In this document: in pieces, positions 36,501 through 46,790 of the stretch
Layout of the letters: each line of letters starts with the position of its first letter
Position numbering within the stretch: the stretch's first letter is position 1
The notes under the pieces: model-generated
Database searches by the model: none
Told to the model about the DNA's origin: nothing
Seen by the model: only the letters and a program-made list of their open reading frames with translations
Program-made: the position numbers and the translations under genes
Assembly (NCBI RefSeq): GCF_006345805.1
Contig: NC_043016.1
Coordinates: 14,756,001 to 14,820,000, forward strand
Reading direction: 5' to 3'
Origin: Octopus sinensis
Taxonomy: Eukaryota
Length of the DNA stretch: 64,000 nt

Positions 36501-39459
36501 AGGTAACATTTTGGCAGCCAAAAGCAAAGAAATTAACTAATTCTGTAATTACTAATTATTTCCTCCTAACAGATATTCTGAAAGACTTTATATAATGATT
36601 CGTATGAATGTAATTAAGATTATCTTAATGTGATTAAATCGAACACGATCACAAGTAAATGAGGTATTTCAGTGTAATATTCAACGCTAGTTGTAACCCA
36701 TACAAAAAGAGAAAAAAAGAAAAAAATTAAAAAAGCTATTAGCAAAACTATTCAGTAATTATTTTTGTTGCAACCAAAAAACCGAATGAATTATCCATAT
36801 TGAATTCCTCTAAACTCACTTTCACAAAAGATTTGGGATATAATATCTTTTGTACAGAATTTGAAGACCAAAAGCTTCAGAAATGCATCACAAGAATAAA
36901 ATGTCAAACAAAATTCTAATTGTTAATATTAAAAGACAGTTGAGAAAATATAAACTATCAAAGCAGAGAATTGGTAATAAGAAAGTGAATGAATGAATGA
37001 ATTTAGTTTTCTGTTTTACACTCAGGTTTTTGTCTTCTTAGTGAGAATAAGGTAATTTTTTCCCATGGTATTATCGAAGATGTTGTGGTGTCTCTCTCGA
37101 AAATTACAATTCAATAGTCATTCTTCCTTTAATACTCCATGAACAAAAATCAATATCTGATCACTATTTTAAAAACTGCATCCCAAAAATGACTTAGCTA
37201 AATTCTAAATTATGCTCTTCATAAAAAAATATACCGTTGCACTTACTAATTGAAATCGACATCTTAGGTAAGTTTTCGATTAGAAGAAACTAAAGGCTGA
37301 AAAATGCCATTAAAAACAGAAAAAAGAAAATACCAAAAATGAATAAAAATTGGAGATAATAAAAAACCGAAATTGCTTCCATTTCAATTCAGAATATATT
37401 TGATTTTAATCCTTGTGTTGAAGAAGACAGCTGAATCCATTGATAAACCATTGATTATTATTATCAATGGATTTCAACACCGATTTGCAATTAAAATAGT
37501 TATGTATGTAAATTAATATACGTGTGAATTTTTCTTTTCTGTCTTGTCAATATTTCATTTTGAAATATTAAAAAAATATTTTTCAAACCCCAAAAAAAGA
37601 AAAAAGGACACACTGTATTCAATAATAAACTAATCTAAATCAGAGACAGACATAGAAATAAATGCTAGAAATTAACAGCAACTCCGAATGTCAGCCATTC
37701 ATTCCGAACTGGAAATCGTATCAAGTTTATAAGGAAAGAAAAAGGAAAAGGAAAAACAGAAACATCGATGGAAAGTGACAATTTAATTTCTTATTTCTTC
37801 CTCATCTTTCGCTCCTAACAAAATAACTTATTGATTCAATCGAATGAATGAAACACATTATATTCACAGGACAAACTATCAAGTGCTTTCTTCTTTCTTT
37901 CTTTTTTTTTTCATTTCAGAGATTATCATCATCCGATATTCATTGAAGAGGTGTCAGATTAGACCACCACACAGGATAATGTATAATAATAATAATAATA
38001 ATGATGATGGTGATGGATAACAATGACTACATTAAAAATAATTATTAAAGAATTGCATTAAGAGGACATTTATGGATGGGTGTATAATAATAATAATGTG
38101 GAAGAAAGTTAACATAATTACTGCAACAGGTTGAGGGAGAAGAAAAGATAACATTTGTAGACACACACACAAATGTTAGATATACATATACACATATATA
38201 TATATATATATACATACATAGACACTGTATACGTACACATAAACACATGAATATGTATATATGTGTGTATATACATATATATATATGTGTGTACATATCT
38301 ATACACACACATGAATGTGTGTGTCCAGGGTATTTCATTGAAAAGAAGAAAAAAAATTAAATCCATTCCTCTTCTTCCCAAATGACATTAAAATTAGAAA
38401 TTACAGCAGCTTTATTAGCAAAAAAGACCAACACATACACATACATACATACACATATATACACACGTACAAGTATGTATGCGCATATTACATACATACA
38501 CACATATATATACATACATATATATATATATATATTATATGTATGTCAATTATATTATGTATGTATATATATATTATATGTATGTATATATTTTATGTAT
38601 GTCAATTATATTATATGTATGTATATATACATATATGTATGTATATATTATATGTATGATATATATATTATATGTATATATATATTTTATGTATGTCAAT
38701 TATATTATATGTATGTATATATACATATATGTATGTATATATTTTATGTATGTATATTTTTATGTATGTATATATTATAGGTATGTATATATTATATTAT
38801 GATTCGGTCGGTGGTGTTGGGTTAAAGGTGTGGTGTACATGTCGTCAAGAGTAAGGAACATTGAAGGGGTTCCATTCTCTGAAGGAATTCATGACTTAAC
38901 AGGTGATCGCAGATGAGGTTTCTCTCTCTCTCTCTCTCTCTGTGACAAGCTTCCAAAGAAAGGAGGGAGAACCTCATTTGACATTTCTCAATAAAAAAGA
39001 ACCGACCAGGAATGGTTTTTGTCGCAGAGACAGACACATATACCGACACATATATACATATACTAGTGTACACACTGGGTGTATATTTAGCGTAGAACAT
39101 CTGTACATTTGGTGGAATATGGATAAACAAATTGTTTAATGACAGATGAGAACAAAATGGCGTCCAACAACAAAATTTATTTTCTCCGTTTTTCTCCTTC
39201 GACATTAAAACAAGGAAAGGAGGAAAATAAAGGAGAGACAGAAGAGAAGTGTTTGGATTTGGGGTTTCTTTTTCCATTGGTTTTTTTTTCGGTTCGGTTC
39301 TGCTGGGTTTTTTTTTTTTTGGAGGGGTTTTAATTTAAAAAACAAAAAAAAAAGACACATTTCATTTTCATCCCTGATGGATGGAAATTTTGGAAGAAAA
39401 AATAAATATATTTCACAAGAGAATATTATGATTATTATTATTGTTATTTATACTTACAT
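1994..39459 (-). CDS. Syb: Synaptobrevin / VAMP (R-SNARE), spliced CDS join(39458-39459,14117-14158,13126-13231,12794-12872,10735-10814,9007-9058 or 8182-8233,1994-2010); 125 aa
   Basis: Manual assembly gives [125 protein letters not shown]. All introns are GT-AG and phases are consistent. It has a Pro-rich N-terminus, an R-SNARE motif with zero-layer R65, the WW juxtamembrane motif and a C-terminal TMD. Near-identical to squid synaptobrevin as I recall it. First and last exon assignments are less certain than the core. Confidence 0.95.
4293..4881 (+). mobile_element. Non-autonomous Helitron-like element in the last intron
   Basis: A|TC 5' end (tctaatataataaatg), CTAG|T 3' end preceded by hairpin aagagcc...ggctttt, no TSD; CCA-rich interior. 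Confidence 0.55.
8182..8233 (-). CDS. Syb: Synaptobrevin alternative TMD exon 6b, 52 nt, [17 protein letters not shown]
   Basis: Strong acceptor (long U tract, ttctcttttacAG), donor G|GTAAGT; same length and phases as 6a; open and fully hydrophobic. Confidence 0.88.
9007..9058 (-). CDS. Syb: Synaptobrevin TMD exon 6a, 52 nt, [17 protein letters not shown]
   Basis: Acceptor ggataatttcAG, donor G|GTAAGT; hydrophobic; VAMP1/2-like MMIILG start. Confidence 0.95.
10735..10814 (-). CDS. Syb: Synaptobrevin exon 5, 80 nt, [27 protein letters not shown]
   Basis: Acceptor tttctttttAG, donor AAG|GTAGGT; C-half of the SNARE motif and juxtamembrane WW. Confidence 0.97.
12060..12323 (+). mobile_element. 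RTE LINE 3' end fragment with (GAT)n tail
   Basis: gagtggttggtgttaagaaaggcatccagctg...gccagcatggaag...gttaaacgatgatga matches the 3' end of the 17.9-19.4 kb RTE. Confidence 0.75.
12794..12872 (-). CDS. Syb: Synaptobrevin exon 4, 79 nt, [26 protein letters not shown]
   Basis: Acceptor tttttctacAG, donor G|GTTAGT; N-half of the SNARE motif. Confidence 0.97.
13126..13231 (-). CDS. Syb: Synaptobrevin exon 3, 106 nt, [35 protein letters not shown]
   Basis: Acceptor atttctttAG, donor GAG|GTAAT; matches the core of ORF-track entry 13069..13263. Confidence 0.97.
14117..14158 (-). CDS. Syb: Synaptobrevin exon 2, 42 nt, (M)[13 protein letters not shown](P)
   Basis: Acceptor ctaatgcatttttctccatgtttacttAG, donor CC|GTAAGT; symmetric phase 2-2 exon. 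Confidence 0.93.
14585..14810 (+). mobile_element. Octopus tRNA-derived SINE family A (head plus TG/TA microsatellite)
   Basis: ggcacaggagtgg.tgtgtggtaag...ggttca...ccttgggcaagtgtcttcta...gccttgtgag...ggaaactgaaagaagccc; many copies in this window. Confidence 0.85.
15503..15718. mobile_element. TTAA-flanked MITE
   Basis: TTAA|ccctttag ... ctaaaggg|TTAA. Confidence 0.85.
16097..16284. mobile_element. TTAA-flanked MITE (shorter, diverged copy)
   Basis: TTAA|ccctttagc ... gccaaaagt|TTAA; body similar to the 15503 copy. Confidence 0.7.
17904..19358 (+). mobile_element. 5'-truncated RTE-clade LINE (RT C-terminus, PHD-like finger, 3' UTR, GAT tail)
   Basis: Starts at [12 protein letters not shown]; ORF 17964-18560 ([10 protein letters not shown]...YLGS...[12 protein letters not shown]...YGSETW-like); GRGRPRKTW; stops and frameshifts present. 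Confidence 0.92.
21240..21375 (-). mobile_element. Degenerate RTE 3' end fragment
   Basis: Reverse complement resembles the RTE tail (catcatttaacatc...ggcatgga...ttcctaatgccaacca). Confidence 0.55.
22542..23267. mobile_element. RTE-1/BovB-like LINE with inverted 5' segment
   Basis: Minus strand 22542-~22950 encodes [11 protein letters not shown]...EVSSYVY...[13 protein letters not shown]. Plus strand ~22985-23260 encodes [26 protein letters not shown]...RPPIRW. 9-bp TSD atagttatt at 22533-22541 and 23268-23276. Confidence 0.8.
23476..23620. repeat. Near-perfect inverted repeat: 67-bp arms, 11-nt loop
   Basis: 23476-23542 pairs with 23554-23620 with a single mismatch (23523/23573). Confidence 0.95.
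24023..24147 (+). mobile_element. Short Helitron-like element (ends shared with 28454-29957)
   Basis: Starts a|tctatgtatg; ends gaaagatgttcagct...gtcaacaaaaa...gcatgtttcattag|t, nearly the same as 29871-29957. Confidence 0.45.
25863..27906 (-). mobile_element. Internally deleted mariner transposon (host element of a nested pair)
   Basis: TA|cgaggaggtacccaaaagaaactggaa ... tccagttacttttgggtacctccccccttg|TA. Minus-strand remnants: MKEQRTS...[18 protein letters not shown]...GQPHSG (HTH) and EFADVEELK...[10 protein letters not shown] (C-terminus). Confidence 0.88.
26641..27847 (+). mobile_element. Mariner (DD34D) transposon, 1207 bp, decayed transposase
   Basis: TA TSDs at 26639-40 and 27848-49; TIR ttgggttgt...gaaagtt; WVPHEL, VTGDEKW, HDNARPH and [12 protein letters not shown] motifs across frameshifted ORFs 26880-27386 and 27445-27774. 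Confidence 0.95.
27985..28150 (-). mobile_element. SINE family A, degenerate
   Basis: Reverse complement of the head with ctttcagtttc...aaatccactca. Confidence 0.6.
28454..29957 (+). repeat. Purine-rich compound minisatellite, probably inside a Helitron-like element
   Basis: GAGAGG/GGGGAGAGAGATAA arrays, 23-bp unit cagctgagtgagggagatatgcc x4 from 29285, then 27-bp variants; both ends resemble the 24023-24147 element. Confidence 0.85.
32400..34760 (+). mobile_element. Highly degenerate RTE LINE, interrupted by a SINE
   Basis: Remnants [19 protein letters not shown], a GSVLS-like segment, KTKVLISK and [10 protein letters not shown], in RT order. Confidence 0.7.
33775..34090 (-). mobile_element. 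SINE family A inserted in the degenerate RTE
   Basis: Reverse complement of head and 3' body (ctaagttacaggg...acaccaaatccactcacaagg...ccacatagccatgcctgcacc). Confidence 0.75.
35380..35815. repeat. (TA)n/(CA)n compound microsatellite
   Basis: Direct reading. Confidence 0.9.
35815..35960 (+). mobile_element. SINE family A head, diverged
   Basis: ggcatggctgtgtag...gggctcagttccattgc...ggcaagtg...gccttgtga...aactgaaag. Confidence 0.65.
38180..38800. repeat. (TA)/(TATG) microsatellites with a higher-order gtcaatta unit
   Basis: Direct reading; gtcaatta recurs at ~38545, 38601 and 38695. Confidence 0.85.
39458..39459 (-). CDS. Syb: Synaptobrevin coding exon 1 (AT of the split start codon)
   Basis: Minus strand gacgacacaatcAT|GTAAGTa: consensus donor, A at -3, inside the CpG-retaining region, no upstream ATG for ~720 nt. 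Vertebrate VAMP1-3 also split the start codon AT|G. Confidence 0.7.
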
Positions 39460-40462
39460 GATTGTGTCGTCAAAAAAGAAGGGGTTTTTTTTTTTTCTCT
39501 CGACTGGCCGTAAAAATGAGTGTCAGAGGAGGCAGTGAAGGCTGGGAAAGCAGTCAGTAGTCACCACTGCTAAAATAAACTGACTGACAGACAATATGGC
39601 TGCACTAACAACACCACCAGCAGCAACAGCAGCAGCAACAGTCAGCAGCAACGGCAGTGGCAGCAGCAGCGGCGACGGCAGAAACAGCAGCAGTAACAGT
39701 AGCAGTGGCGGTGGCAGCAGCGGCGGCAGCAGAAACAGCAGTAGTAGCTACAGTAGTAGTAGTAGTAGTAATAGCAGTACTAGTAGTAGTAGTAGTAGTA
39801 ACAGTAGTGGTGGTGAGAGTGACTGTGACTGTGGCGGTGACGGTGGTGGGAGTAACTGTGGCTGTGGTGGTGGTGGTGGCGGTGGCGGTAGTAGTAACAG
39901 TAGTGGTGGTGGTGGTGGAGGTGGTGGCGGTGGCGGTAGTAGTAACAGTAGTGGTGGTGGTGGTGGAGGTGGTGGTGGTGGTGGTGGAGGTGGTGGTGGT
40001 GGCGGTGGCGGTAGTAGTAACAGTAGTGGTGGAGGCGGTGGTGGAGGTGGCGGTGGTGGTGGTGGTGGTGGTAGTCGAACGTATAGTAAAAAGAAAAATA
40101 CGAACGGATATCGAAAGGGAGGAGGAGGAGGAGGAGGAGGAGGTGACTATCCAGTGAAAGTAGCAATACGCCGACTTTTCATACAATATACAGCAGTTGT
40201 TAATATATATATAGACTGATGTAATCATACGGGCTTCTGCGCACGCTCCAACATATATATACACGTAGAAGGCAACTCATAAACATACCGACTACGCTCT
40301 CTCTCTTTCTGTCTCTCTCTTTCTGTCTCTTTCTCACTCTCTCTCTTTCTCACTCTCTCTCTATCTCTTTCTCACTCTGTCTCTCTCTCTTTCTCACTCT
40401 GTCTCTCTCTCTATATTTATATATATAATTATAGAAAAATTATATATCAATCTAACCAATAT

Positions 40463-40498
<36 letters not shown>

Positions 40499-40560
40499 TG
40501 TCTCTCTCTCTCTGTCTCTCTCTGTCTCTCTCTGACTCTCTGACTATATTATAACTTGAA
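39460..40560 (-). promoter_or_regulatory. Synaptobrevin 5' UTR / promoter region
   Basis: CpG visibly retained here compared with the CpG-poor flanks; tandem Inr-like TCAGTC/TCAGTT at 39578-39587 and another TCAGTC at 40214-40219 (minus strand); GA/CT microsatellite at 40296-40545. Confidence 0.6.
39605..40145. repeat. Compound trinucleotide repeat (CAG/AGT/GGT/GGC/GGA)
   Basis: Direct reading; it generates the four low-complexity ORFs at 39596-40264. Confidence 0.95.
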
Positions 40561-41486
40561 CCAAATGTTCCAATCAACCAAATGTTCCACCTTGGCCATT
40601 CCAATTCCATCTTGCTGTTCCATTTGCATTTAATTTATTTCAAACGTCAAACATTTGGTAACATTAGTGTAACATGAGCATTCGCTTTTGTGGATGGTGA
40701 CTGAGTGCTAAATGGTTCGGTGCAAGATTCAGTGCAGCTCGTGCCCGAGTTCGAGTGTCAAACGCCGCCACATTGCCTTTTATTCTTCATGGTTCCATAA
40801 GATACAAACCAGTAATATACTAACACCTATTGGGATTGAACACCTCCGCCTTGCATACTAAAAGTGCTTTTTATCCACCACGAAAAGAAATCGCTATTAA
40901 TATCGAGTTGGAACTTGTCGAGGTCAACCAGTCAAATAATAGCTTTGGTATTAATCGATCTTACTCGAATTTGATGTCTTTGGCTTAACTTACAAATCTT
41001 TACCTGTTATTCACTCAGAAACTATGGAATAAATACCAGCAATGTAACCGTTCTTCCCATAAGATGTATATCTGAAGGCATAAAAATGTTTTTCTCGAGT
41101 ATAAGAACAAATAAGTATTTGGAATAGTTATGGCAAACCATCGAGCCTTGTTGATGAGCATCCAAGATGACAATTCACAAAAATGAGGGAGTTACTTGCC
41201 ACTTAGTAGAAGTGGCAGCTAAATTTTCGTATCATGCCCTATCATCTTAGAAAAGGACATATTAACCACTATGCCTAGAATGAAAACAAATTGGTCATGG
41301 CCTGAATGCTTTTGATGAAGACAGGTCTGCTTGGCCAAAGCTGAACTGGAGCTAAACTGCTGATGGTTTGCTGTGTAGACTGAGGCTTAAATGGTAGTTG
41401 TTGAATAACAAACTAATTAATATTTGATTGATTACCTCATACAATGATGTCTAGAAATTGTCCTCTTGGATTTTTTTTTTTTCCAG

Positions 41487-41573
41487 TATGCTTTTGTGAA
41501 GCTGGGAGAAAAACTGGATGTAAGAGAAGAAACTGTACTGGTACAGATATACTGGTACATTGAAGACTGACAG
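41487..41573 (+). other. Candidate non-coding exon of a divergent plus-strand transcript
   Basis: (T)13-ccAG acceptor and CAG|GTAAGT donor, 87 nt; stop codons in all three frames. Confidence 0.5.
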
Positions 41574-42269
41574 GTAAGTGTTATGCAATCCAAGAGGAAG
41601 GAATGGCCAAACCTCAGGAATCTGGCAAAAAAAACAAACTGCATATGTTGAGAAACTGTGCAGGGGATATGTTCTACCCAGGCAAGCATGGGATAAGGAA
41701 TCAAATGATGCTGACGGTGGTGGTGATAGCAATGATGACATTGATACTGAATTGACCAAATTAAATGCTTGGTGGTTGAACCAGCAACCTCTGATCTTGT
41801 GAATAAAATCTTATTCATATATGGTTTAATTTTTTCATATATAATTAAATGGTTTTAATAATTTGGGAATTATTTGCCCTACAATTTATTGGTCTACGTT
41901 ATTTAAAAAATAGACTAATAGAATGAAATCTATCACCTATGATCAACAAGCAATTTAATTCTTTTATTTATGAGGCATGGAATAAAGGTAAGTACTGAAG
42001 GAAACCTTATAAACTCTAGTGGTTATTTGCATATTTTTACAATTAGATATTACCTTTCTGCTAACCACTCAATCATTAAAGTTGAAGTTATCATAGAAGG
42101 ATGCATGCTATGGTACAAGAATCCTTCATTAACACATCATTGAGACATGCAATCAAGAGTGTATATAGACATATCAGAGGTAAATAGCCACCGCTTACTA
42201 TATCACTTTATCTGTGCAAATACTAACTGGTGCTTCTCGTTATTATTTTTCATCGAAATCGATCAACAT

Positions 42270-42554
42270 CAATGGAAATTGCAGCTGTGATTAAGCGAAC
42301 CATCCGTTCGTGTCCGTTGCCAGCCTCGCCTGGCCCCCGTGCCGGTGGCATGTAGCACCATCCGTTCGTGGCCGTTTGCCAGCTCCATCTGGCACTAAAA
42401 AGCACCCACTACAATCATGGAGTAGTTGCATTAGGAAGGGCATCAGCCGTAGAAACACTGCCAGATCAGACTGGGCCGATGCAGCCTTTGGTTTCACAGA
42501 CCCCGTTGAACGTCCAACCCATGCTAGCATGGAAAGCGGACGCTAGATGATGAT
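42270..42554 (+). mobile_element. RTE LINE 3' end fragment
   Basis: aggaagggcatc...ccagatcagactgg...cccatgctagcatggaaagcggacg...gatgatgat. Confidence 0.85.
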
Positions 42555-42619
42555 TACAGTAAATGTTAATTGTTTATAGCAACTAGCCATGTTGCAAACA
42601 CCAAAAGCAAAAGAGCCGT

Positions 42620-43115
42620 TTGTCTTCGACAGAGAGAGAGAGAAGGTGTATTGTGAGTGAATCTGAGGATGGACTTAGCCAGTGTGAGAGAGTACAAAAC
42701 CTTAGGATTCCTCTTACCACAGTCTACAGAGTGGATGGACGATTTAACAGCAAAGGAAAAAAAGTGTCAACAGCATCCTGGTCAGATCGATCTGGGCCCT
42801 CTGACAAGTGACTTAGGGGCTGTCAAATGAATCTCTCACTTTGGGGCTGAAAAGGAATCTCTGTTGTAAGACAGCTGATGCTGCAACACAAATGAGTTGG
42901 AGAACTTCTGTGAGGTTGTCTCCATCAACTTGGCTTCTATGGCAGAGAGACTAGAAAGAAACCTCTTCTTTGGCCAACAAATGTCCAAAACAGAAAACAG
43001 AAATGAATCTTTCGAAAATGATGGCGTCTATTTACTTTTGAAATGTCTGTGTACATACACACACATGGCAAATGATGGAGTCTCTGTGTAGTTGCTTGGC
43101 TGTCTAGAAATTGCA
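42620..43115 (+). mobile_element. Tc1-like transposase remnant
   Basis: HTH-like GLSQ...LRIPLTTVYRV, LHQLGFYGRETRKKPLL, and DGVSV*LLGC (HGGGSVMVWGC-like). Confidence 0.7.
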
Positions 43116-43720
43116 GCCAAATTGCCTTCAAATCAAACATTTCCTTTTTAAAAAAATTTCATTGAATAATCTGGTTCTTGCTTCATGACTCAGAGAAAAG
43201 AAGTATGCTTGTGAACAGAATACCTTTGATCATGAGGCTCCACCATTCAGTCTGATCTGGGACTAAACAATGACAAGAACTCAAATTAATTTTTTTTCCA
43301 GAAGTTGGAATATATCCTTCCTGTCCAAAGGTGGAAAGTTTCTGGCCAAAGTCATATTCAAAACATTTCTTTGGACTACAACTTATATTTGCAGAGAACA
43401 CATCTTCAAAGACCGTAGAGAGCAGACTGTATTTTTGTTCTCTTGTATAGCTGAGAAACATAAACTGCATACAGATATAACATCAAGTGTTCACGAAAAC
43501 TTTTTTGATATCCGAAGATCTTTTCAGTATCCCAAAATCCCTCATTTAATCAACATTAAAAACATTGAATCCATACTTCATGATCACCAAGATGATCTAA
43601 ACACAATCTGCATTTCCTGTAGAAAACTTTATGGTTGCCTGCATCAGGCTTAATACTAGGTCAGTGAACAAAAGTAGTGGCTCAAGGAATTTATTGAAGC
43701 AAAAACCTTTTAAAAATCAT

Positions 43721-44019
43721 TGTTTGTTCCTTCTCCAGCCATGCCTGGCTCATAAGGGCCGGTTTCCTGGTTTTCTCAGCGTATAGGTTCCCCACTTGGA
43801 CGGGACGCCAATCTGTCACAGGTGAGCTGCTAGATGCAGGATGAAAGAGTGAAAGTTGTGGCAAAAGAGTCAGCAGAAGTTCGCCGTTACCTTCTGCCGG
43901 AGGCGCGTGGAACTTAGGTGTTTTGCTCATAAACACACACATCACCCGGTCTGAGATTCAAACCCGTGATTCCTCGACCATGAGTCCACTGCTCTAACCA
44001 CTAGGCCATGTGCCTCCAC
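43721..44019 (-). mobile_element. Full-length tRNA-derived SINE with 12-bp TSD
   Basis: TSD tttaaaaatcat at 43709-43720 and 44020-44031; A box tggcctagtggttag, B box gggtttgaatctc; central gattggcgtcccgtcca motif. Confidence 0.9.
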
Positions 44020-44217
44020 TTTAAAAATCATAGACAGCACTAATTACCATTTGCCTTGACAAGCTTATTACTAGAAAGAGATTGAAGACATGAAGAGAAA
44101 ACAGCATCATCAGGAGAAGCAGAAAAAGCAGTGTATACATAAAGCTAAATCTGCCTCTTTGATCCAGATATGTATACATCTTGTCTACAACTGGTGGGGG
44201 CCACTTAGGTACTTCAA

Positions 44218-44389
44218 CCCTTCAGCAACCAAATCACTCTGTCAATTGTAATGCTTCTTTATTTGCATTGCAGTTGTTTATTTTTAGCATGACATTATAG
44301 GATAGGTGTGAGAGTCTGGCTCTGACTGGTTTGAACATAAAACAGGTGTAATATTTGGGCCAGATGTGGTCCATTTTAAAGCGAAAGGG
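44218..44389. mobile_element. TTAA-type MITE, diverged
   Basis: cccttcagca ... gcgaaaggg; body similar to the 15503 copy. Confidence 0.65.
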
Positions 44390-44910
44390 TTTCAAAGAAA
44401 TTAGGAACATTATTAATTCTAGGAACATTGCAGTTACTATTCTTCATTGTTTTGGTAAATTCCTTGTTAATTGTGTTGAGCCATTCTTGAGGTATCATTG
44501 TTTTTTCTTTGCTCCTGTTTTTCTCCTTATTTTGTCTCTTTATTAGTTTGTCTTTTATGATTTCATATATTCTCCCAATATTATTGGATATTTATTATTG
44601 CTGGTGATTTTTCTAGCGTTATTATTATTATTATTATTGAGTGAGAGAGCAGTGCATGCCATCAAAGTGATACTGGGGTAAAATATACAAAGCCCAGTAT
44701 ACCCATAATGACTACCTGTCTGATAAGGGTACACTAGGCACATGAATCACAACAATATGTGTGCAATATGGTGATCTCATATCAAGATAAACAGTGCATG
44801 ACCTTGCAGGTGGGGCCCAGTTAGAATTTTTATCATGTTGAGTAACCCATCCCACTCAAAAGGTGTGTAGCAGGTGATAGAGTAGAAATTTGCCTCAAAC
44901 TATCAAATGT

Positions 44911-44950
<40 letters not shown>

Positions 44951-44974
44951 TAATAGTAATCTCAAACGAACTAA

Positions 44975-45950
44975 ATAACACCAGGTATGTGTTCAAAGTT
45001 TACAATACGATTATAAACAATCTGTTTTATATGGGCGATCTGAAGCTGTTTGCTAGAACTGATGAAGAGTTAACCACTGTTAAAGAATTCAGTAATGACA
45101 TTGGGATGGACTTTGGCCTTGATAAGTGTGCTAAAGCATCTTTTGTAAGAGGCAATCTCAGGCAAACAGCTTCCATTAAATTAGGTGCTGACACAATCAT
45201 GAAGGAGCTTGACTCACAAGAAAATTACAAATACCCGGGGATAAATGAAGGAGATGGTATACAACATGCTACCACAAAGGAAAAATAAGAAAGGAATATT
45301 ATGGGAGAATAAAACTCGTACTAAGAACTGAACTCAACTCTAAAAATCACATCAAAACCATTACTGGCACTTCCAGTAGTCCAATATAGTTTTAATATCA
45401 TTAACTGGAATCTTACAAAGCTCCAATGCCTGGACAAGAAGACAAGAAAACTACTAACTTTTAAGAACATGCACCACCCAAAAGCAGATGTTGATTGCCT
45501 GGACCTACCTAGAAATAATGGGGGAAGAGGAATGATGCAGGAAGAATTGTGCTATAAGACCTCCACAATAGCAATGAACAGGTACTTATTTAAGACAGAC
45601 AACTGAATGCTGCAACTTGTGTGTGCAAATACAAAAGCAGCAAAAAGTCACATTCTATTGTCAAAGAAGCTTACAAATTCACAAGGGAACTTGGGATCAA
45701 TCCTGAAATATTTAAAAAACCTGAAACCACTGACACAAAACAAGCAAAATGGATCAAGCAGACTGCAAAAAAGAACAGGCAGAAATAAACTGAGGAGTGA
45801 TGGCACTAGAAACCTCTGCATGGACAGTATGTACTTCGAAGTCAAAATGCTGATGTAGATCAAGCAACAACCCATTGCAGGACTAAAAGCAGAGACTGAA
45901 AGTTTCATATTGGCTGCACAAAAAACTACCAGGTTAACGTTCTTCAAAAT
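44975..45950 (+). mobile_element. R4/Dong-like non-LTR retrotransposon fragment (RT C-half)
   Basis: FYMGDLKLFA, DIGMDFGLDKCAK, YKYPGINEGDGI, HPKADVD, GLKAETESFILAAQ; preceded by (TAA)n. Confidence 0.85.
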
Positions 45951-46144
45951 GGTTCAGACCTCAAATGCAGATCCTGCGACACATATGACATATGGACTAG
46001 AAAAACAGCTGACATAATGAAGGGTCGTTCCTTGTGGCTTGTCATGTTTTCCATTTGTTTATTTTGTTGCTTGCAAAAAAAAAAGCCCTTATTCCATGTT
46101 CTCGTACTCATATTTTTATTGTCTATATTTTTGTCATGTCCTGT

Positions 46145-46228
46145 GCCCACATGCATATGTATATACGTATACATGTAAATATGTACATATACATATATAT
46201 ATATGTATATATATAGTATTTATATATG

Positions 46229-46285
<57 letters not shown>

Positions 46286-46563
46286 GGCCTGCTCGCTTAG
46301 CCAGCGGGGTGGCGTCATTCGAAGGCTAAAACAATGCGAACGCATTGTAACCAGCAATGTGTAACAATATCTGATGGTCTGGTCGGTCACATGATCACGT
46401 GATATATATATATATATATGTATATGTGTGTGTGTGTATACATATATATATTGTGTGGTGTGTGTATATATATATGTATATGACTAGTATGCATGTATGT
46501 ATATATGCATATATATATATATATGTATATATATATTATATTATATAAATATATATATTTGTC

Positions 46564-46596
<33 letters not shown>

Positions 46597-46790
46597 ATAT
46601 AATACTATATATATGTGTGTATATATATATATACATATATGTATACATATATATATGTATAATATATATATATATATATATGTATGTATACATATATATG
46701 TGTGTGTATACATATATATATGTATGTATATTTATATATATATATCGATATAGATAGATAGATATGAATATATATTTGTAGTATGCGTGT
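46145..46790. repeat. Long (TA)n/(TG)n array with an embedded 116-bp CpG-rich element at 46286-46401
   Basis: Direct reading. Confidence 0.9.

Noticed and set aside
39596-40264. Overlapping 128-219 aa ORFs (poly-Gly/Ser, Thr/Ala, Val, His)
   Set aside because: All are frames of one trinucleotide repeat that lacks stops; no domain. The + strand ORF has a fair Kozak context (aatATGG), but nothing else supports it.
43940-44016. Possible tRNA gene
   Set aside because: A/B boxes belong to a TSD-flanked SINE; no complete cloverleaf
43140-44210. 127-aa + strand ORF and flanks as a real gene or Polinton polymerase relic
   Set aside because: Only faint resemblance (WLKEFIE); stops in all frames and a SINE insertion; needs a tBLASTx/HMM search
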